DNA of 53,021 nt from an uncultured Acidobacteriota bacterium. GTDB taxonomy: Bacteria; Acidobacteriota; Vicinamibacteria; Fen-336. Position 1 is the first letter of the stretch, and every line of letters starts with the position of its first letter. The stretch covers positions 1 to 53,021 of the forward strand of contig CAZVOI010000174.1 of assembly GCA_964628275.1 (NCBI GenBank), in the 5' to 3' direction. The translations under genes were made by a program, and so were the position numbers. Shown here one piece after another: positions 40,096 through 49,727 of this stretch. The notes beneath the pieces are model-generated. The model ran no database searches. It was not told where the DNA came from and worked only from the letters and a program-made list of their open reading frames with translations.

Positions 40096-41181
40096 ATGCG
40101 TGTCGTCGCCGCGATGTCGGGAGGCGTCGATTCCTCGGTGGCCGCGTCCCTGCTGCGCGAGGCCGGGCACGAGGTGATCGGCCTGTCGATGCAGCTCCAC
40201 GACCAGACCGAGGCGGCGCCGGCCGGCTACGGGCGTTGCTGCGCGCTCGACGACCTCCACGACGCGAAGGCGGTGGCCGGACGGCTCTCGATCCCCCACT
40301 ACGTGGTGAACCTGGAACGTTCGTTCCACGACGGCGTGATCGCGCCGTTCGTCAAGGACTACCTGGAGGGCCGCACGCCGCTGCCCTGCGCGCGCTGCAA
40401 CACGGAGGTCAAGTTCGCCTCGCTCCTGGATCGAACCCGGGCGCTGGGAGCCGAGCACGTCGCGACTGGCCACTACGCCCGGAAGGATCGAGACCCCGCG
40501 AGCGGAAGGGAACGCCTGCTGCGGGGCAGGGACACCCGCAAGGACCAGTCCTACTTCCTTTTCGGCCTGACCCCGGAGCAGCTCGCCGCCGCTCTCTTCC
40601 CGATCGGCGATCTCGAGAAGACGCAAGTCCGGCGCCTCGCGGCCGAGCACGGCCTGCCGGTCGCCGACAAGCCTGAGAGCCAGGAGATCTGCTTCGTCCC
40701 GGACGGCGACTACGCGGCCTTCGTGGATCGAAACTCGGACTCGGCCGACCGCTCGGGCCCGATCCTCGATCAGGCGGGCCGGACCCTCGGGCGCCACCAG
40801 GGCATCCACCGTTTCACGGTCGGGCAACGCAAGGGCCTCGGGCTCACGTCGCGCCGGCCGCTGCGGGTTCTGAAGATCGAGCCGCAGACGAAGGCGATCG
40901 TCGTCGGAGACGAAACCGCTCTCGACGCCCTCGGGCTCGTGGGCCGCGACGTCAACTGGATCTCGATCGCACCCCCGCTGCAGGCGCTGCGCGCCACGGT
41001 CAAGATCCGGTACCGCGCCGAAGACGCCGCAGCGACGATCACGCCGCTCGCCGAAGGCCGCGTTCGCGTGGACTTCGCCGCGCCGCTGCGCGCGGTCACG
41101 CCTGGCCAGGCGGCGGTCTTCTACGACGGCGAGGTCTGCCTGGGCGGCGCCTGGATCGAGACCGCCACTTCGGCTAGCTGA
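40096..41181 (+). CDS. mnmA: tRNA 2-thiouridine(34) synthase
   Basis: ATG 40096 ([19 protein letters not shown]-loop), CCALDD, KDQSYFL. Confidence 0.93.
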   Translation: MRVVAAMSGGVDSSVAASLLREAGHEVIGLSMQLHDQTEAAPAGYGRCCALDDLHDAKAVAGRLSIPHYVVNLERSFHDGVIAPFVKDYLEGRTPLPCARCNTEVKFASLLDRTRALGAEHVATGHYARKDRDPASGRERLLRGRDTRKDQSYFLFGLTPEQLAAALFPIGDLEKTQVRRLAAEHGLPVADKPESQEICFVPDGDYAAFVDRNSDSADRSGPILDQAGRTLGRHQGIHRFTVGQRKGLGLTSRRPLRVLKIEPQTKAIVVGDETALDALGLVGRDVNWISIAPPLQALRATVKIRYRAEDAAATITPLAEGRVRVDFAAPLRAVTPGQAAVFYDGEVCLGGAWIETATSAS

Positions 41182-41854
41182 GCCGGGCCAGCGCCTTTCG
41201 CGCAGCGTCCTGCTGCGCCACTTTCTTGGAGAACCCCTCGCCGCGGGCTGTCTCCTCCCCGCCGATGCGACACTCGACGACGTAGGTCTTGCGGTGGGCC
41301 GGACCGCGTTCCTCGAACAGCACGTACTCGGGCACCGGCAGCCCGCGCGCCTGCAGCCGCTCCTGCAGAGCGCTCTTGTGATCGACCGCGGCTCGGTCCA
41401 CACCCGCCGAGAAATCGGGCGCGAAGTCGCGCTCGACGAAGCGTCGCGCGACGCCGAACCCGCCGTCCAGATACAGGGCCGCCAGCAGAGCCTCGTACGC
41501 GTCGGCCCACAACCCGGTCTTCTCGCGCCCGCCGGCCTTCTCCTCTCCGCGGCTCAGGCGAAGCAGCTCGGGAACGCCGAGCGCTTCGGCATGCCGTGAC
41601 AGGCTCTTCGCCGATATCAGCGCCGCGCGACGCTTGCTCTTGCCGCCCTCGTCGCCGTCGGGATCGAGCCGGTGCAGAATCTCCGCGATCAGGAAGCCCA
41701 GGATCGCGTCGCCCAGGAACTCGAGCGCCTCGTTGTCGGGGCCTGCCCGGGCGCTCTCGCGCGAGCGGCTGCTGTGGGTCAGCGCGCGCTCGAGGAGGGC
41801 GGGGTCGGAGAAGCGGTGCGAGAGCCGGTCCTGGAGCTCGCGCAGCCCTTTCAC
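41174..41854 (-). CDS. rnc: Ribonuclease III
   Basis: [13 protein letters not shown] signature and C-terminal dsRBD. 8-nt convergent overlap with mnmA. Confidence 0.93.
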   Translation of the reverse strand: MKGLRELQDRLSHRFSDPALLERALTHSSRSRESARAGPDNEALEFLGDAILGFLIAEILHRLDPDGDEGGKSKRRAALISAKSLSRHAEALGVPELLRLSRGEEKAGGREKTGLWADAYEALLAALYLDGGFGVARRFVERDFAPDFSAGVDRAAVDHKSALQERLQARGLPVPEYVLFEERGPAHRKTYVVECRIGGEETARGEGFSKKVAQQDAARKALARLS

Positions 41855-41857
41855 TTC

Positions 41858-43834
41858 TCAGATCACCTTCAGGATCACGAGCGTCATGTCGTCGTGCTGG
41901 GCGGCGCCCTGGACGAAGCTGCGGATCTCCGAGAGGATCTTCTCCTTCAGCTCCTCGGTGCCCAGCGATTCCCCCGCCTCCAGAACCGCGCGCAACCGGT
42001 CTTCGCCGAACAGCTCGGACTCGGGGTTCATCGCCTCGGAGAGCCCGTCGGTGAAGAACAAGAAGATGTCGCCGCTGGCGATCGGCGTCACGGCCTCTTC
42101 GAGGATCTCGTCGAAGCGCGCGCCGCGGTCGATACCGAGCCCCAGGCCGGGCGGCGCCAGCACGTGGGTCTGCTTGGTCGCGGCTTCGAGACGAATCAAC
42201 GGATTGTGCCCGGCGCGCGCGTAGCGCATCGTTTGCGATGCGACGTCTACGACCGCATACGTCATCGTCACGAAGGAACGCGAGTCCATGTTCGCCGACA
42301 GGATCTTGTTGGCCTCGGAGAGCAGCCGCGCGGGAGATTCGGTGATGCGCGACAGCGACAGCACCAGCCCTTTGAGCTCGGCCATGTAGAGGGCGGCCGA
42401 CGTTCCCTTGCCCGAGACGTCCGCCACCAGCACTCCCATGCGCGTGTCCGACAGCGGCAGGAGGTCGTAGTAGTCGCCGCCCACCTCGGCCGCGGGTAAG
42501 CAGAGCGCCGCGATCCGCAGCCCGGGCATCGAGGCGGTGCCCTGCGGCAGCAGGCTCATCTGGATCCGGCGGGCAATCCGCAGCTCTTCCTCGAGCCGTT
42601 CCTTCTCGGCGGACTCGCGCATCAGGTCCTGGATGCCGCGCGTCATCGTGTTGAACGACTCGGCCAGCTCGCCGAGCTGGTCGCGGCTGCGCGCGCGGAT
42701 CCGATGGTCCAGGTCGCCCGCCCGCAGCCGTTCGGTTCCCACCGAAAGCTCGTGGACGCTGCCGGTGATCGAACGCGCCAGCAGCAGGCCGATGATCAGC
42801 GCGATCGCGTAGAAGCCCAGGAACAGCGCGCCCACCAAAGTGAGACCGCGGACCAGGATCACGTTGCCGATGTCGCGCGAGGCCGGCGAGAGCTGGCGCA
42901 ACAGCGTCATCGGCTGAAAGCGGATCTGCAGCGGCTCCACCTCGGCGCGCCCGTTCTCCCAATCGGTCCGATCGGCGAGCGCGAACGAGGTCATGCCCGG
43001 CTCCTTCTCCAAGTCGCGCATCGAGACCCGCATCTTCCGGCGATCCGCCGGATCGACCCGGGTCTCGAGCCTGACGCCGGGCACGATCTTGATGCCGGTG
43101 CGCGCCTCCATCGGCCGCGTCAGCACGTCGTCGAGAGGCACCTGGAGCAGCAGGAAGACGTCGCCGCTCTTGAAGACCGCGCGAATCGTGTAGCCGCCAG
43201 CGTCCCGAACCAGGCCGGCAAAACCAGGCTTGTCCTCGAGCCATGTCGGCAGCGCGCGCGGCGCAACCCCGGCGGAAGCCAGGACCTGATTCGCTCGCAC
43301 CAGCGAAAAGGCGAGATCCGGATGAAGCGCGCGAGCGGGCGCGAGCCGATCGGCGATCTCGGCGACGGCCCTTTGATCACTGGCGATACCCAACACCGCG
43401 GTGTGCGCGACCGCCTTCAACTGGGTGCCCGTGGTCTCGACCTGCGAGGCCACCATGTACGACGCCACCAGCGTTAGCGAGAGCAGTCCCGCGATCGCGA
43501 AGAAGAGGGCCAGCAGCACGACCGGCACCACGGCGATGAAGAGATACGACACGAGCAGCTTGGTGCGGATCCGCCACAGCAGCCGGTGCACCAGGAAACG
43601 CGCCAACCGGTAACCGAAGCGAAGCCCGAACCCGATCAGGACGAGGCTAGCCAGGCCCTCGATGAAGCCGGGCAGCGGCAGGCCCGACTGAACGAGCGCC
43701 AGGACCGCGACGGCTCCCAGGAACACGCGGCCCGGCCACGTGTCCAACAGATAGCCGCGCAGGCGCTGGAGAATGCCCGAGCCCGGCGCGGCCTGGGGGG
43801 CGGGCAGCGAGTAGGGTCGCGCCATGGCCGCCAT
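41858..43834 (-). CDS. Membrane sensor with HAMP domain and PP2C/SpoIIE-type phosphatase domain
   Basis: Several N-terminal helices and an extracytoplasmic loop. HAMP (…LRAGDLDHRIRARSRDQLGELAESFNTM). PP2C motifs (GGDYYD, LVADVSGKG, FFTDGLSEA). Confidence 0.85.
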   Translation of the reverse strand: MAAMARPYSLPAPQAAPGSGILQRLRGYLLDTWPGRVFLGAVAVLALVQSGLPLPGFIEGLASLVLIGFGLRFGYRLARFLVHRLLWRIRTKLLVSYLFIAVVPVVLLALFFAIAGLLSLTLVASYMVASQVETTGTQLKAVAHTAVLGIASDQRAVAEIADRLAPARALHPDLAFSLVRANQVLASAGVAPRALPTWLEDKPGFAGLVRDAGGYTIRAVFKSGDVFLLLQVPLDDVLTRPMEARTGIKIVPGVRLETRVDPADRRKMRVSMRDLEKEPGMTSFALADRTDWENGRAEVEPLQIRFQPMTLLRQLSPASRDIGNVILVRGLTLVGALFLGFYAIALIIGLLLARSITGSVHELSVGTERLRAGDLDHRIRARSRDQLGELAESFNTMTRGIQDLMRESAEKERLEEELRIARRIQMSLLPQGTASMPGLRIAALCLPAAEVGGDYYDLLPLSDTRMGVLVADVSGKGTSAALYMAELKGLVLSLSRITESPARLLSEANKILSANMDSRSFVTMTYAVVDVASQTMRYARAGHNPLIRLEAATKQTHVLAPPGLGLGIDRGARFDEILEEAVTPIASGDIFLFFTDGLSEAMNPESELFGEDRLRAVLEAGESLGTEELKEKILSEIRSFVQGAAQHDDMTLVILKVI

Positions 43835-43853
43835 GGACTATAAGGGAAACGCG

Positions 43854-43882
43854 TTGACAGCCGAGAGTCGCGCGACTAGGGT
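43854..43882 (+). promoter_or_regulatory. Sigma70-like promoter TTGACA-N17-TAGGGT abutting the start of the GspC-like gene
   Basis: TTGACA at 43854-43859 and TAGGGT at 43877-43882. In-frame ATGs at 43885 and 43891. The second is 8 nt from the -10. Confidence 0.35.
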
Positions 43883-43884
43883 CG

Positions 43885-44517
43885 ATGGGAATGTGGGTGC
43901 TAGCCATTCTGCTCGCCCAGGCCGCCGAGCTGAGCGTGATCGGCGTCGTCTGGAGCCGCAAGCCGGAGTTGTGCGCCGCGGTGGTGCGCTCCGCGGGCCG
44001 GACCCGCGTCATCGGCGTTGGCGAGAGCGTCGGCGGCGGGCGCGTCCTGTCCATCTCGCAGAGCGGGCTGGTGATCGAGGTCGCCGGGGAGGCTCTGGAG
44101 ATTCGACTGCGCGGCGAGACCGTTCTTGCGGGCACGGCCCCGGTGCGGGCCGCCGCCGGGCCGGTGGCGCCGCCGGAGGCGCCCTTCGAGGCTCCCGGCG
44201 TGCGTTCGCTGTCGCGCCGCGAGGTCGACTCTCGGCTGCAGACCGAGATTCCTCGCATCCTGTCGGAGACGACGCTGTTCCCGGTCACGGACGAGGGCCG
44301 GGTCGTGGGCTACACGTTGACTCGCATCCCGGAGGGCACGCTGCTGAGCGACGTGGGGCTTCGCGCCGGTGACGTGCTGACGGACATCAACGACTCCCCG
44401 GTCACCAGCCTGGCCACGTTGATCGCTCTGTATCCGAAGCTCTCGGGCGTTCCGCAGCTTCGAGCCACGGTGCTGCGCGCCGGCCAGCCGGTGTCGCTGA
44501 TCCTCAACATCAAGTAG
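43885..44517 (+). CDS. GspC-like protein (N-terminal anchor, HR-like beta domain, PDZ domain)
   Basis: WVLAILLAQAA anchor. VIGVGESVGGGRVLSISQSGLVIEVAGEALEIRL resembles the GspC/PilP HR domain. PDZ-like GYTLTRIPEGTLLSDVGLRAGDVLTDINDSPV. Confidence 0.6.
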   Translation: MGMWVLAILLAQAAELSVIGVVWSRKPELCAAVVRSAGRTRVIGVGESVGGGRVLSISQSGLVIEVAGEALEIRLRGETVLAGTAPVRAAAGPVAPPEAPFEAPGVRSLSRREVDSRLQTEIPRILSETTLFPVTDEGRVVGYTLTRIPEGTLLSDVGLRAGDVLTDINDSPVTSLATLIALYPKLSGVPQLRATVLRAGQPVSLILNIK

Positions 44518-44571
44518 CCCGCGAACGCGACCGGGAGAGCCCTGGACGCGGCCCTGGCCAGGAAGTAGGGC

Positions 44572-45495
44572 CTAGCGCCTTCGGGCGGCCAGCTTGCCCT
44601 GAAGCTCGCGGATGCGATGCGCCTGCGGCGTGTCCGGACCGGCCACGAACTTCTGGGCGTCCTTGATCCGCGCCTCGGCGTTGGCGTTCTCGTCCTTGCT
44701 GAAGTGCTCGTTGGCCCAATCGATGTAGATGTCGCAGATCTTCTCTTTGGGAAGCGGATCCTGCGGCTTCCAGACCAGGGCGAGCTGATACTGCTCGATC
44801 GCTTTCAGGCGATCCTTCTTCTGGCTGACGAGAAACTCGGCGTAGGCGATGTGCGGCTCCGCGGACTCCTTGTCGCGCGCGAGCATCTCGAGATACACGG
44901 GTTCCGCGGCTTCCGGCCGCTTCATCTCCTTGGCGAAGCGAAGCAGAGCCTCGAGGGATGCCTTGGAGGTCTTGTCGTTCGCCAACGCGGCCTGATAGGC
45001 ACGCGAGACGCGCTCGGGCGACACGTCGGGGTCATCCGGCGCCGGCGTTGGCGGCTTCGGGAGGCCTCGCCGCTTGCCGGGAGGCGGAGCCGCCTGGCGC
45101 CTCAGCGTGTAGGGAAACAACAGCTCCGCAAGCCCGAAATGCGCGCCCGCGAACTCGGGCTTCAAGGCGAGCGCCTTCTCGAAGCACTGCGCCGCCAGCT
45201 TGTCTTCGTCGCGAAAGCCCACGCCAGGCAGCGGCGTCGCCGCCCCGCGACGGACGTGGATCAGTCCCTGGTAGTAGAGCCCCACCGGATCGTCCGGCAG
45301 CTCCTGGAGCTTGACCAGCGCGGCATCGAACTGCCCTTGATCCATGAGCGCCTTGCCATCGGCGATCGGCTTGGGCGGCGCGGCGGCCGGGACCGCGGTG
45401 GGCGCAGGTTCCTTCTTCCCCGGAAGCGGCGGGAGCTTGTCGCAGCCGCTCGCGAGAATCAGCAGCGCCGTGGCGCAGAGAGCGCGTCGTAACAT
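44572..45495 (-). CDS. TPR-repeat lipoprotein
   Basis: MLRRALCATALLILASGC lipoprotein-type signal, followed by TPR-like helices. Confidence 0.7.
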   Translation of the reverse strand: MLRRALCATALLILASGCDKLPPLPGKKEPAPTAVPAAAPPKPIADGKALMDQGQFDAALVKLQELPDDPVGLYYQGLIHVRRGAATPLPGVGFRDEDKLAAQCFEKALALKPEFAGAHFGLAELLFPYTLRRQAAPPPGKRRGLPKPPTPAPDDPDVSPERVSRAYQAALANDKTSKASLEALLRFAKEMKRPEAAEPVYLEMLARDKESAEPHIAYAEFLVSQKKDRLKAIEQYQLALVWKPQDPLPKEKICDIYIDWANEHFSKDENANAEARIKDAQKFVAGPDTPQAHRIRELQGKLAARRR

Positions 45496-45517
45496 CGTTT
45501 GGGCGCTCGCGAAAACG

Positions 45518-47410
45518 TCACGATCGAGCGATGTTGCGATCGTACCACAGCTCGAAAACCAGCAGCAGGTAGAGCTCGCGGCTGCGATTGCGGCGCCGCT
45601 CGACGTGCTCGCGCACGATCCCGGCGACGAAGCCGGGATCGACGAAACCGTGTCGCGCGAGGCGCGCCGGCGACAGCGCGTCGCAGAGCAGGTCCTTGAG
45701 CGGCCCGCGCAGCCACTCGTCCGTGGGCACCTCGAAGCCGTGCTTTCGCCGGCCCAGGATCGGGGCAGGCAGCAGCTCGCGAAACGCCAGCTTCAGGAAG
45801 CGCTTCAGCGCGAAGAGCGCGAACTTGCTCTGTTGCGGAAGCCGGCCGGCGAACTCGACCAGACGGTGGTCGAGGAAGGGGACGCGCGCTTCCAAGCTCT
45901 GGCCCATGGTCGCGCGGTCGACCTTGGTGAGCATCTGGTCGGGCAGCCAGGTGGCGACGTCCATCGCCATCCGGCGATTCAGGAAATCCGCGCCGGCGGC
46001 TTCACGCATCGTCACGAGCGCCCGATCCTCGAAATCCGTTCCCGGCAGGCCGCGCAGCGGCTCGCCCAGCAGCCGTGAGAACTCCGTATCGCTCCAGGAC
46101 GAGAAGTGGCGCGCGTAACGCCGATCGGAAGGCAGATCCAGCAGCTCGAGCTTCTTTTGGGCGAGGCGCGCGACGTCCGCCAGCCGCCAGTCCGCGGGCA
46201 ACGGCAGCGCGCCGAGCAGCGGCGTGAGCACGCCACGGCGTATCCAACGCGGCAGGCGTGCGGCCGTCTCCGCCAGAACCTCGGAGCGATAGCGGTCGTA
46301 ACCGACGAACAGCTCGTCAGCGCCGTCGCCGGTGAGCACCACCTTCACCTTCTGGCGCGCGAGACCCGCCAACACGAACGTCGGCAGGCTGGCGGCGTCG
46401 GCGAAGGGCTCGTCGAAGAAGCACGCCAGCGCGTGGAGCAGATCGAAGACCTTGGGTTCGACCACGAACTCCTGGTGCTCGGTCTTGAAGCGGCTGGCGA
46501 TCAGCCGCGCGAACGGCAGCTCGTCATACCGAGCGCTGGCCGCGAAGCCGATCGAGAAAGTCTTCACCGGCTCGCGCGCCAGCCGCGCCATCGTGCCGAC
46601 GACGGCGCTCGAATCGATGCCGCCGGACAGGAACGCGCCATACGGAACGTCGCTGCGCATCTGCAGCGCCACGGCGTCCTCGAACAGCGCGCCGAAGCGC
46701 TGCAACTGGTCCTCGATCGGCGCCTGGTCGATCGGCTCGAAGGGCGGCTGCCAGTAGCGCCGTTCGTCGACGCGCCCGGCTTCGACGCTGATCAGTCGCC
46801 CGGGCTCGAGCTTGCGAACCCCCTGCACGATCGCCCGGGGCGACGGGACGTAGAGGTACTGGAAGTAGTCCCGCGCCGCCAGCGGGTCGAGCTGGCGCTC
46901 GACCAGGCCGGACGCGAGCAGCGCCTTCAGCTCCGACCCGAAGACGAGCGCGCGCTGGTCGCGGTATACGTAGAGCGGCTTGATGCCGAGGCGATCCCGC
47001 GCCAGCACCAGCCGCTGACGCTTGGCGTCCCAGAGCGCGAGCCCGAACATCCCGTTGAGCGCCTCCACGAACGCGTCGCCGTGCTCCTCGTACAGATGAA
47101 CCAGCGTCTCGGTGTCGCTGCCGGTGGCGAAGCGATGCCCGAGCGACTGCAGCTCGGCGCGCAGCTCGCGGTAGTTGTAGATCTCGCCATTCAGCACGGC
47201 CCACACGCTGCCGTCTTCGTTGGCGAGCGGCTGATGGCCGCCCGCGACGTCGATGATCGAGAGCCGGCGGACTCCGAAGGCGAGCCGGCCAGCCACGTGT
47301 CGCCCCTCGTCATCCGGGCCACGATGCGTCAGCGCCGCCAGCATCGCGCCGAGCGGCGCCTCCTCGGCCGGCGCGCCGTCGAGACGCAGCACCCCAGCGA
47401 TCCCGCACAT
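45518..47410 (-). CDS. asnB: Asparagine synthase (glutamine-hydrolysing) family amidotransferase
   Basis: MCGIAG Ntn-Cys and SGGIDSS PP-loop. 630 aa. Confidence 0.9.
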   Translation of the reverse strand: MCGIAGVLRLDGAPAEEAPLGAMLAALTHRGPDDEGRHVAGRLAFGVRRLSIIDVAGGHQPLANEDGSVWAVLNGEIYNYRELRAELQSLGHRFATGSDTETLVHLYEEHGDAFVEALNGMFGLALWDAKRQRLVLARDRLGIKPLYVYRDQRALVFGSELKALLASGLVERQLDPLAARDYFQYLYVPSPRAIVQGVRKLEPGRLISVEAGRVDERRYWQPPFEPIDQAPIEDQLQRFGALFEDAVALQMRSDVPYGAFLSGGIDSSAVVGTMARLAREPVKTFSIGFAASARYDELPFARLIASRFKTEHQEFVVEPKVFDLLHALACFFDEPFADAASLPTFVLAGLARQKVKVVLTGDGADELFVGYDRYRSEVLAETAARLPRWIRRGVLTPLLGALPLPADWRLADVARLAQKKLELLDLPSDRRYARHFSSWSDTEFSRLLGEPLRGLPGTDFEDRALVTMREAAGADFLNRRMAMDVATWLPDQMLTKVDRATMGQSLEARVPFLDHRLVEFAGRLPQQSKFALFALKRFLKLAFRELLPAPILGRRKHGFEVPTDEWLRGPLKDLLCDALSPARLARHGFVDPGFVAGIVREHVERRRNRSRELYLLLVFELWYDRNIARS

Positions 47411-47414
47411 GCCG

Positions 47415-49727
47415 CTATCTCACCAGGATCGTCGCGCGGTCGCTGCGCCCGCGCTGGTCGCTCGCGACGACGCTGTGCGAGCCCGGAGTCATCGGCCAGT
47501 GCAAGGCCTCGGCTGGAGTCGCACTTCCCCAGGCGCGGCCGTCGATCTTCCAGTGAACGCTGCCCGCCGCCGCATCCGCGACCACGCGCAGCGGCAACAT
47601 CTGGAACTCGGCGCGCAACGTGGGGTCGAGCAGGTAGGTTGCGCCTCGCGGCGGGCTGGCGATCCGGAACGCGGGAGCCTCGTCGCGGCTGGCCCGGCGC
47701 GCCGCTTCGGCCGGTGTGAGCAAGCCTCGGTCCCTGGCCCAGTCGCGATACTCGGCTGGCCAGGCGACGCGGACCCGGACGCCATCGCCCTGGTGCCAGC
47801 CGCAGGCCGGGAGCCGTCGGTCGCGCGGCAGCCATTCCGAGACCACGCGCGGGCAGGCTTCGGTCGCCGCCTGACCGGACAACGCGCAGACCTGACGCGG
47901 CGCCAGGCCGTCGGGACGCGGCACGATCGCGTCGCTCGCCGCGCTGGATCGATTGCCGTAGCGCGCCTCGGCGGCCAGCATCACGTCGTGAAAGATCGGC
48001 GCCGCGCCCGTCACGCCGGAGGAGTTGCGCAGCTCCTGGCGGTCGAAGTTGCCGACCCAGACGCCGACGGTGACCGAGCGCGTGAAGCCCAGCGTCCAGT
48101 TGTCCCGGTAGGCGGTGGACGTGCCGGTCTTGGCGGCCACCGGAAAAGGAAACTCGAGGCTGCCGCCGCTGCCGAAGATGTAGGCGCGAGCCTCGGCATC
48201 GTTGAGGATGTCGGCGATCCAGTGCGCCGTCTGCGCGGAGACGATGCGGGTTCCTCCCGGCGCGGCGAAAGAGCTGCGCCGATCCGGGCGCTCGACCGCG
48301 GCCAGCAGCGCGCGCGGCGCGATCCGTATCCCGCCGTTCGCGAGCGCCGCGTAGGCCGCCACCAGCTCGTCGAGCCGAACCTCGGCGTCGCCCATGGTGA
48401 GAGCGAGGCCGTAGTGGTCTCCCGTCTTGTCGAGCGTGGTCAGGCCGGCGCGGCGCAGGAAGCGCAGCAGATCGGGAACGCCGAGCCGCGCCAGGAGCGC
48501 CACCGCTGGCACGTTCTCCGAACCGGCCAGCGCCAGACGCGCGCGCAGCGGGCCGCGGAAGGCGCCGTCGTAGTTGCGCGGCGTGTAGACGACGCCCGTC
48601 TCGGCGGTCGGGAAGGACGACGGCACGTCGGGCAGGACGCTGGCCGGGCTGAGGCCGCGCTCGAACGCCAGCGCGTAGGTGAACGGCTTGAGCGCCGACC
48701 CCGGCTGTCGCGGCGCCGTCACACCGTCGATCGAACCGTCGCGGTCCAGGTCGGCGAAAGCCCCGGAGCCTTCCCAGGCCAGCCACTCCGCGCCATCGTT
48801 CTTCAACACCGCGACCGCCACGTTGCGCGCGCCGGCGGCATCCAACCGCTCGCGATGCATGCGCAGGATGCCGAGCACCTGGCGTTGCAGGTCGGCGTCG
48901 AGCGTCGTCTCGATGCGCACCAGCCGCCGGCCGTGCACTGCGGCAAGCGCGCGCTCCACGAAGTGCGGCGCGACGAACGGCCGGCGCTCCGGAAGCAGCG
49001 ACAGCCGCTCCGCGCGGGCGCGCGCCAGCTCCGGCGCCCCGAGCTTGCCGATCGCCGACATGCGATCGAGCACGGCAAGTTGACGCGCACGCGCCAGAGC
49101 GGGCGCACGCCGCGGGTTGAATCTGGAGGGCCGCTGCGGCAGGCCTGCCAGAAATGCCGCCTGGGCCGGGGTCAGCGCGTCGGCGGACAAGCCGAAGTAG
49201 ACGCGGCTCGCGGCCTCGGCCCCCGCCGCCTGGTTGGCGTAGGGCGCCAGGTTCAGGTAGAGCGACAGGATCTCGCGCTTCGAGAGTCGATACTCGAGGC
49301 GCAGCGCCAGCACCGCCTCGCGTAGCTTCGCGGCGAGGCCCCGGTTCGACCGGCCGCTCAGCAGCTTGACGGTCTGTTGTGTGAGCGTCGAGCCTCCCTC
49401 GACGACGCGTAGCGCCCGCGCGTTGCGCCAGCCCGCGCGAACGATGGCGACGGGATCGAGGCCCGGGTGACTGAAGAAGCGCCGGTCCTCCGCGGCCAGG
49501 GTCGCTGCCACCAGCGCCTCGGGCAAGCGGTCGGCGGTGAGAAAGCGGACGCGACCGCCGGCCGGCGATGGCGATTCGTAGAGCGGCTTGCCGGTTCGGT
49601 CGACGACCTCGAGCGATGCGAAGCGATCCAGATCGAGGAAGCCCGCCGGCAGCGGACCGCAGCGAAGCCACCAGCCGAGCGACACGGCGACAGCCGCCGT
49701 GGCCAGGAGCGCGTGCCGGCGATTCAC
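47415..49727 (-). CDS. pbpC: Penicillin-binding protein 1C (GT51 + transpeptidase + PbpC C-terminal domain)
   Basis: EDRRFFSHPGLD, GGSTLTQQ; SALKP (SxxK), SEN, KTGT. The GTG start overlaps the alpha-2-macroglobulin stop (GTGA). Confidence 0.9.
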   Translation of the reverse strand: MNRRHALLATAAVAVSLGWWLRCGPLPAGFLDLDRFASLEVVDRTGKPLYESPSPAGGRVRFLTADRLPEALVAATLAAEDRRFFSHPGLDPVAIVRAGWRNARALRVVEGGSTLTQQTVKLLSGRSNRGLAAKLREAVLALRLEYRLSKREILSLYLNLAPYANQAAGAEAASRVYFGLSADALTPAQAAFLAGLPQRPSRFNPRRAPALARARQLAVLDRMSAIGKLGAPELARARAERLSLLPERRPFVAPHFVERALAAVHGRRLVRIETTLDADLQRQVLGILRMHRERLDAAGARNVAVAVLKNDGAEWLAWEGSGAFADLDRDGSIDGVTAPRQPGSALKPFTYALAFERGLSPASVLPDVPSSFPTAETGVVYTPRNYDGAFRGPLRARLALAGSENVPAVALLARLGVPDLLRFLRRAGLTTLDKTGDHYGLALTMGDAEVRLDELVAAYAALANGGIRIAPRALLAAVERPDRRSSFAAPGGTRIVSAQTAHWIADILNDAEARAYIFGSGGSLEFPFPVAAKTGTSTAYRDNWTLGFTRSVTVGVWVGNFDRQELRNSSGVTGAAPIFHDVMLAAEARYGNRSSAASDAIVPRPDGLAPRQVCALSGQAATEACPRVVSEWLPRDRRLPACGWHQGDGVRVRVAWPAEYRDWARDRGLLTPAEAARRASRDEAPAFRIASPPRGATYLLDPTLRAEFQMLPLRVVADAAAGSVHWKIDGRAWGSATPAEALHWPMTPGSHSVVASDQRGRSDRATILVR

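Noticed and set aside
37632-40676. 1014-aa + strand ORF, including a striking poly-Val/Leu stretch (38360-38650)
   Set aside because: It runs antisense or out of frame through lipA, the FHA gene and ppa, each of which has clear motifs. The V/L stretch is the mirror image of the poly-Asp/Glu gene (GAC/GTC). It has no start codon or ribosome-binding site of its own.
41121-43244. 707-aa minus-strand ORF overlapping rnc and the PP2C sensor
   Set aside because: Off-frame R/A/G-rich artefact. The other frame contains the RNase III, HAMP and PP2C signatures.
44536-44571. Possible bidirectional terminator hairpin (GGCCCT…AGGGCC) between the convergent GspC-like and TPR lipoprotein genes
   Set aside because: The stem is only 6 bp with an 11-nt loop and no flanking T/A tract. 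This is not distinguishable from chance in GC-rich DNA.
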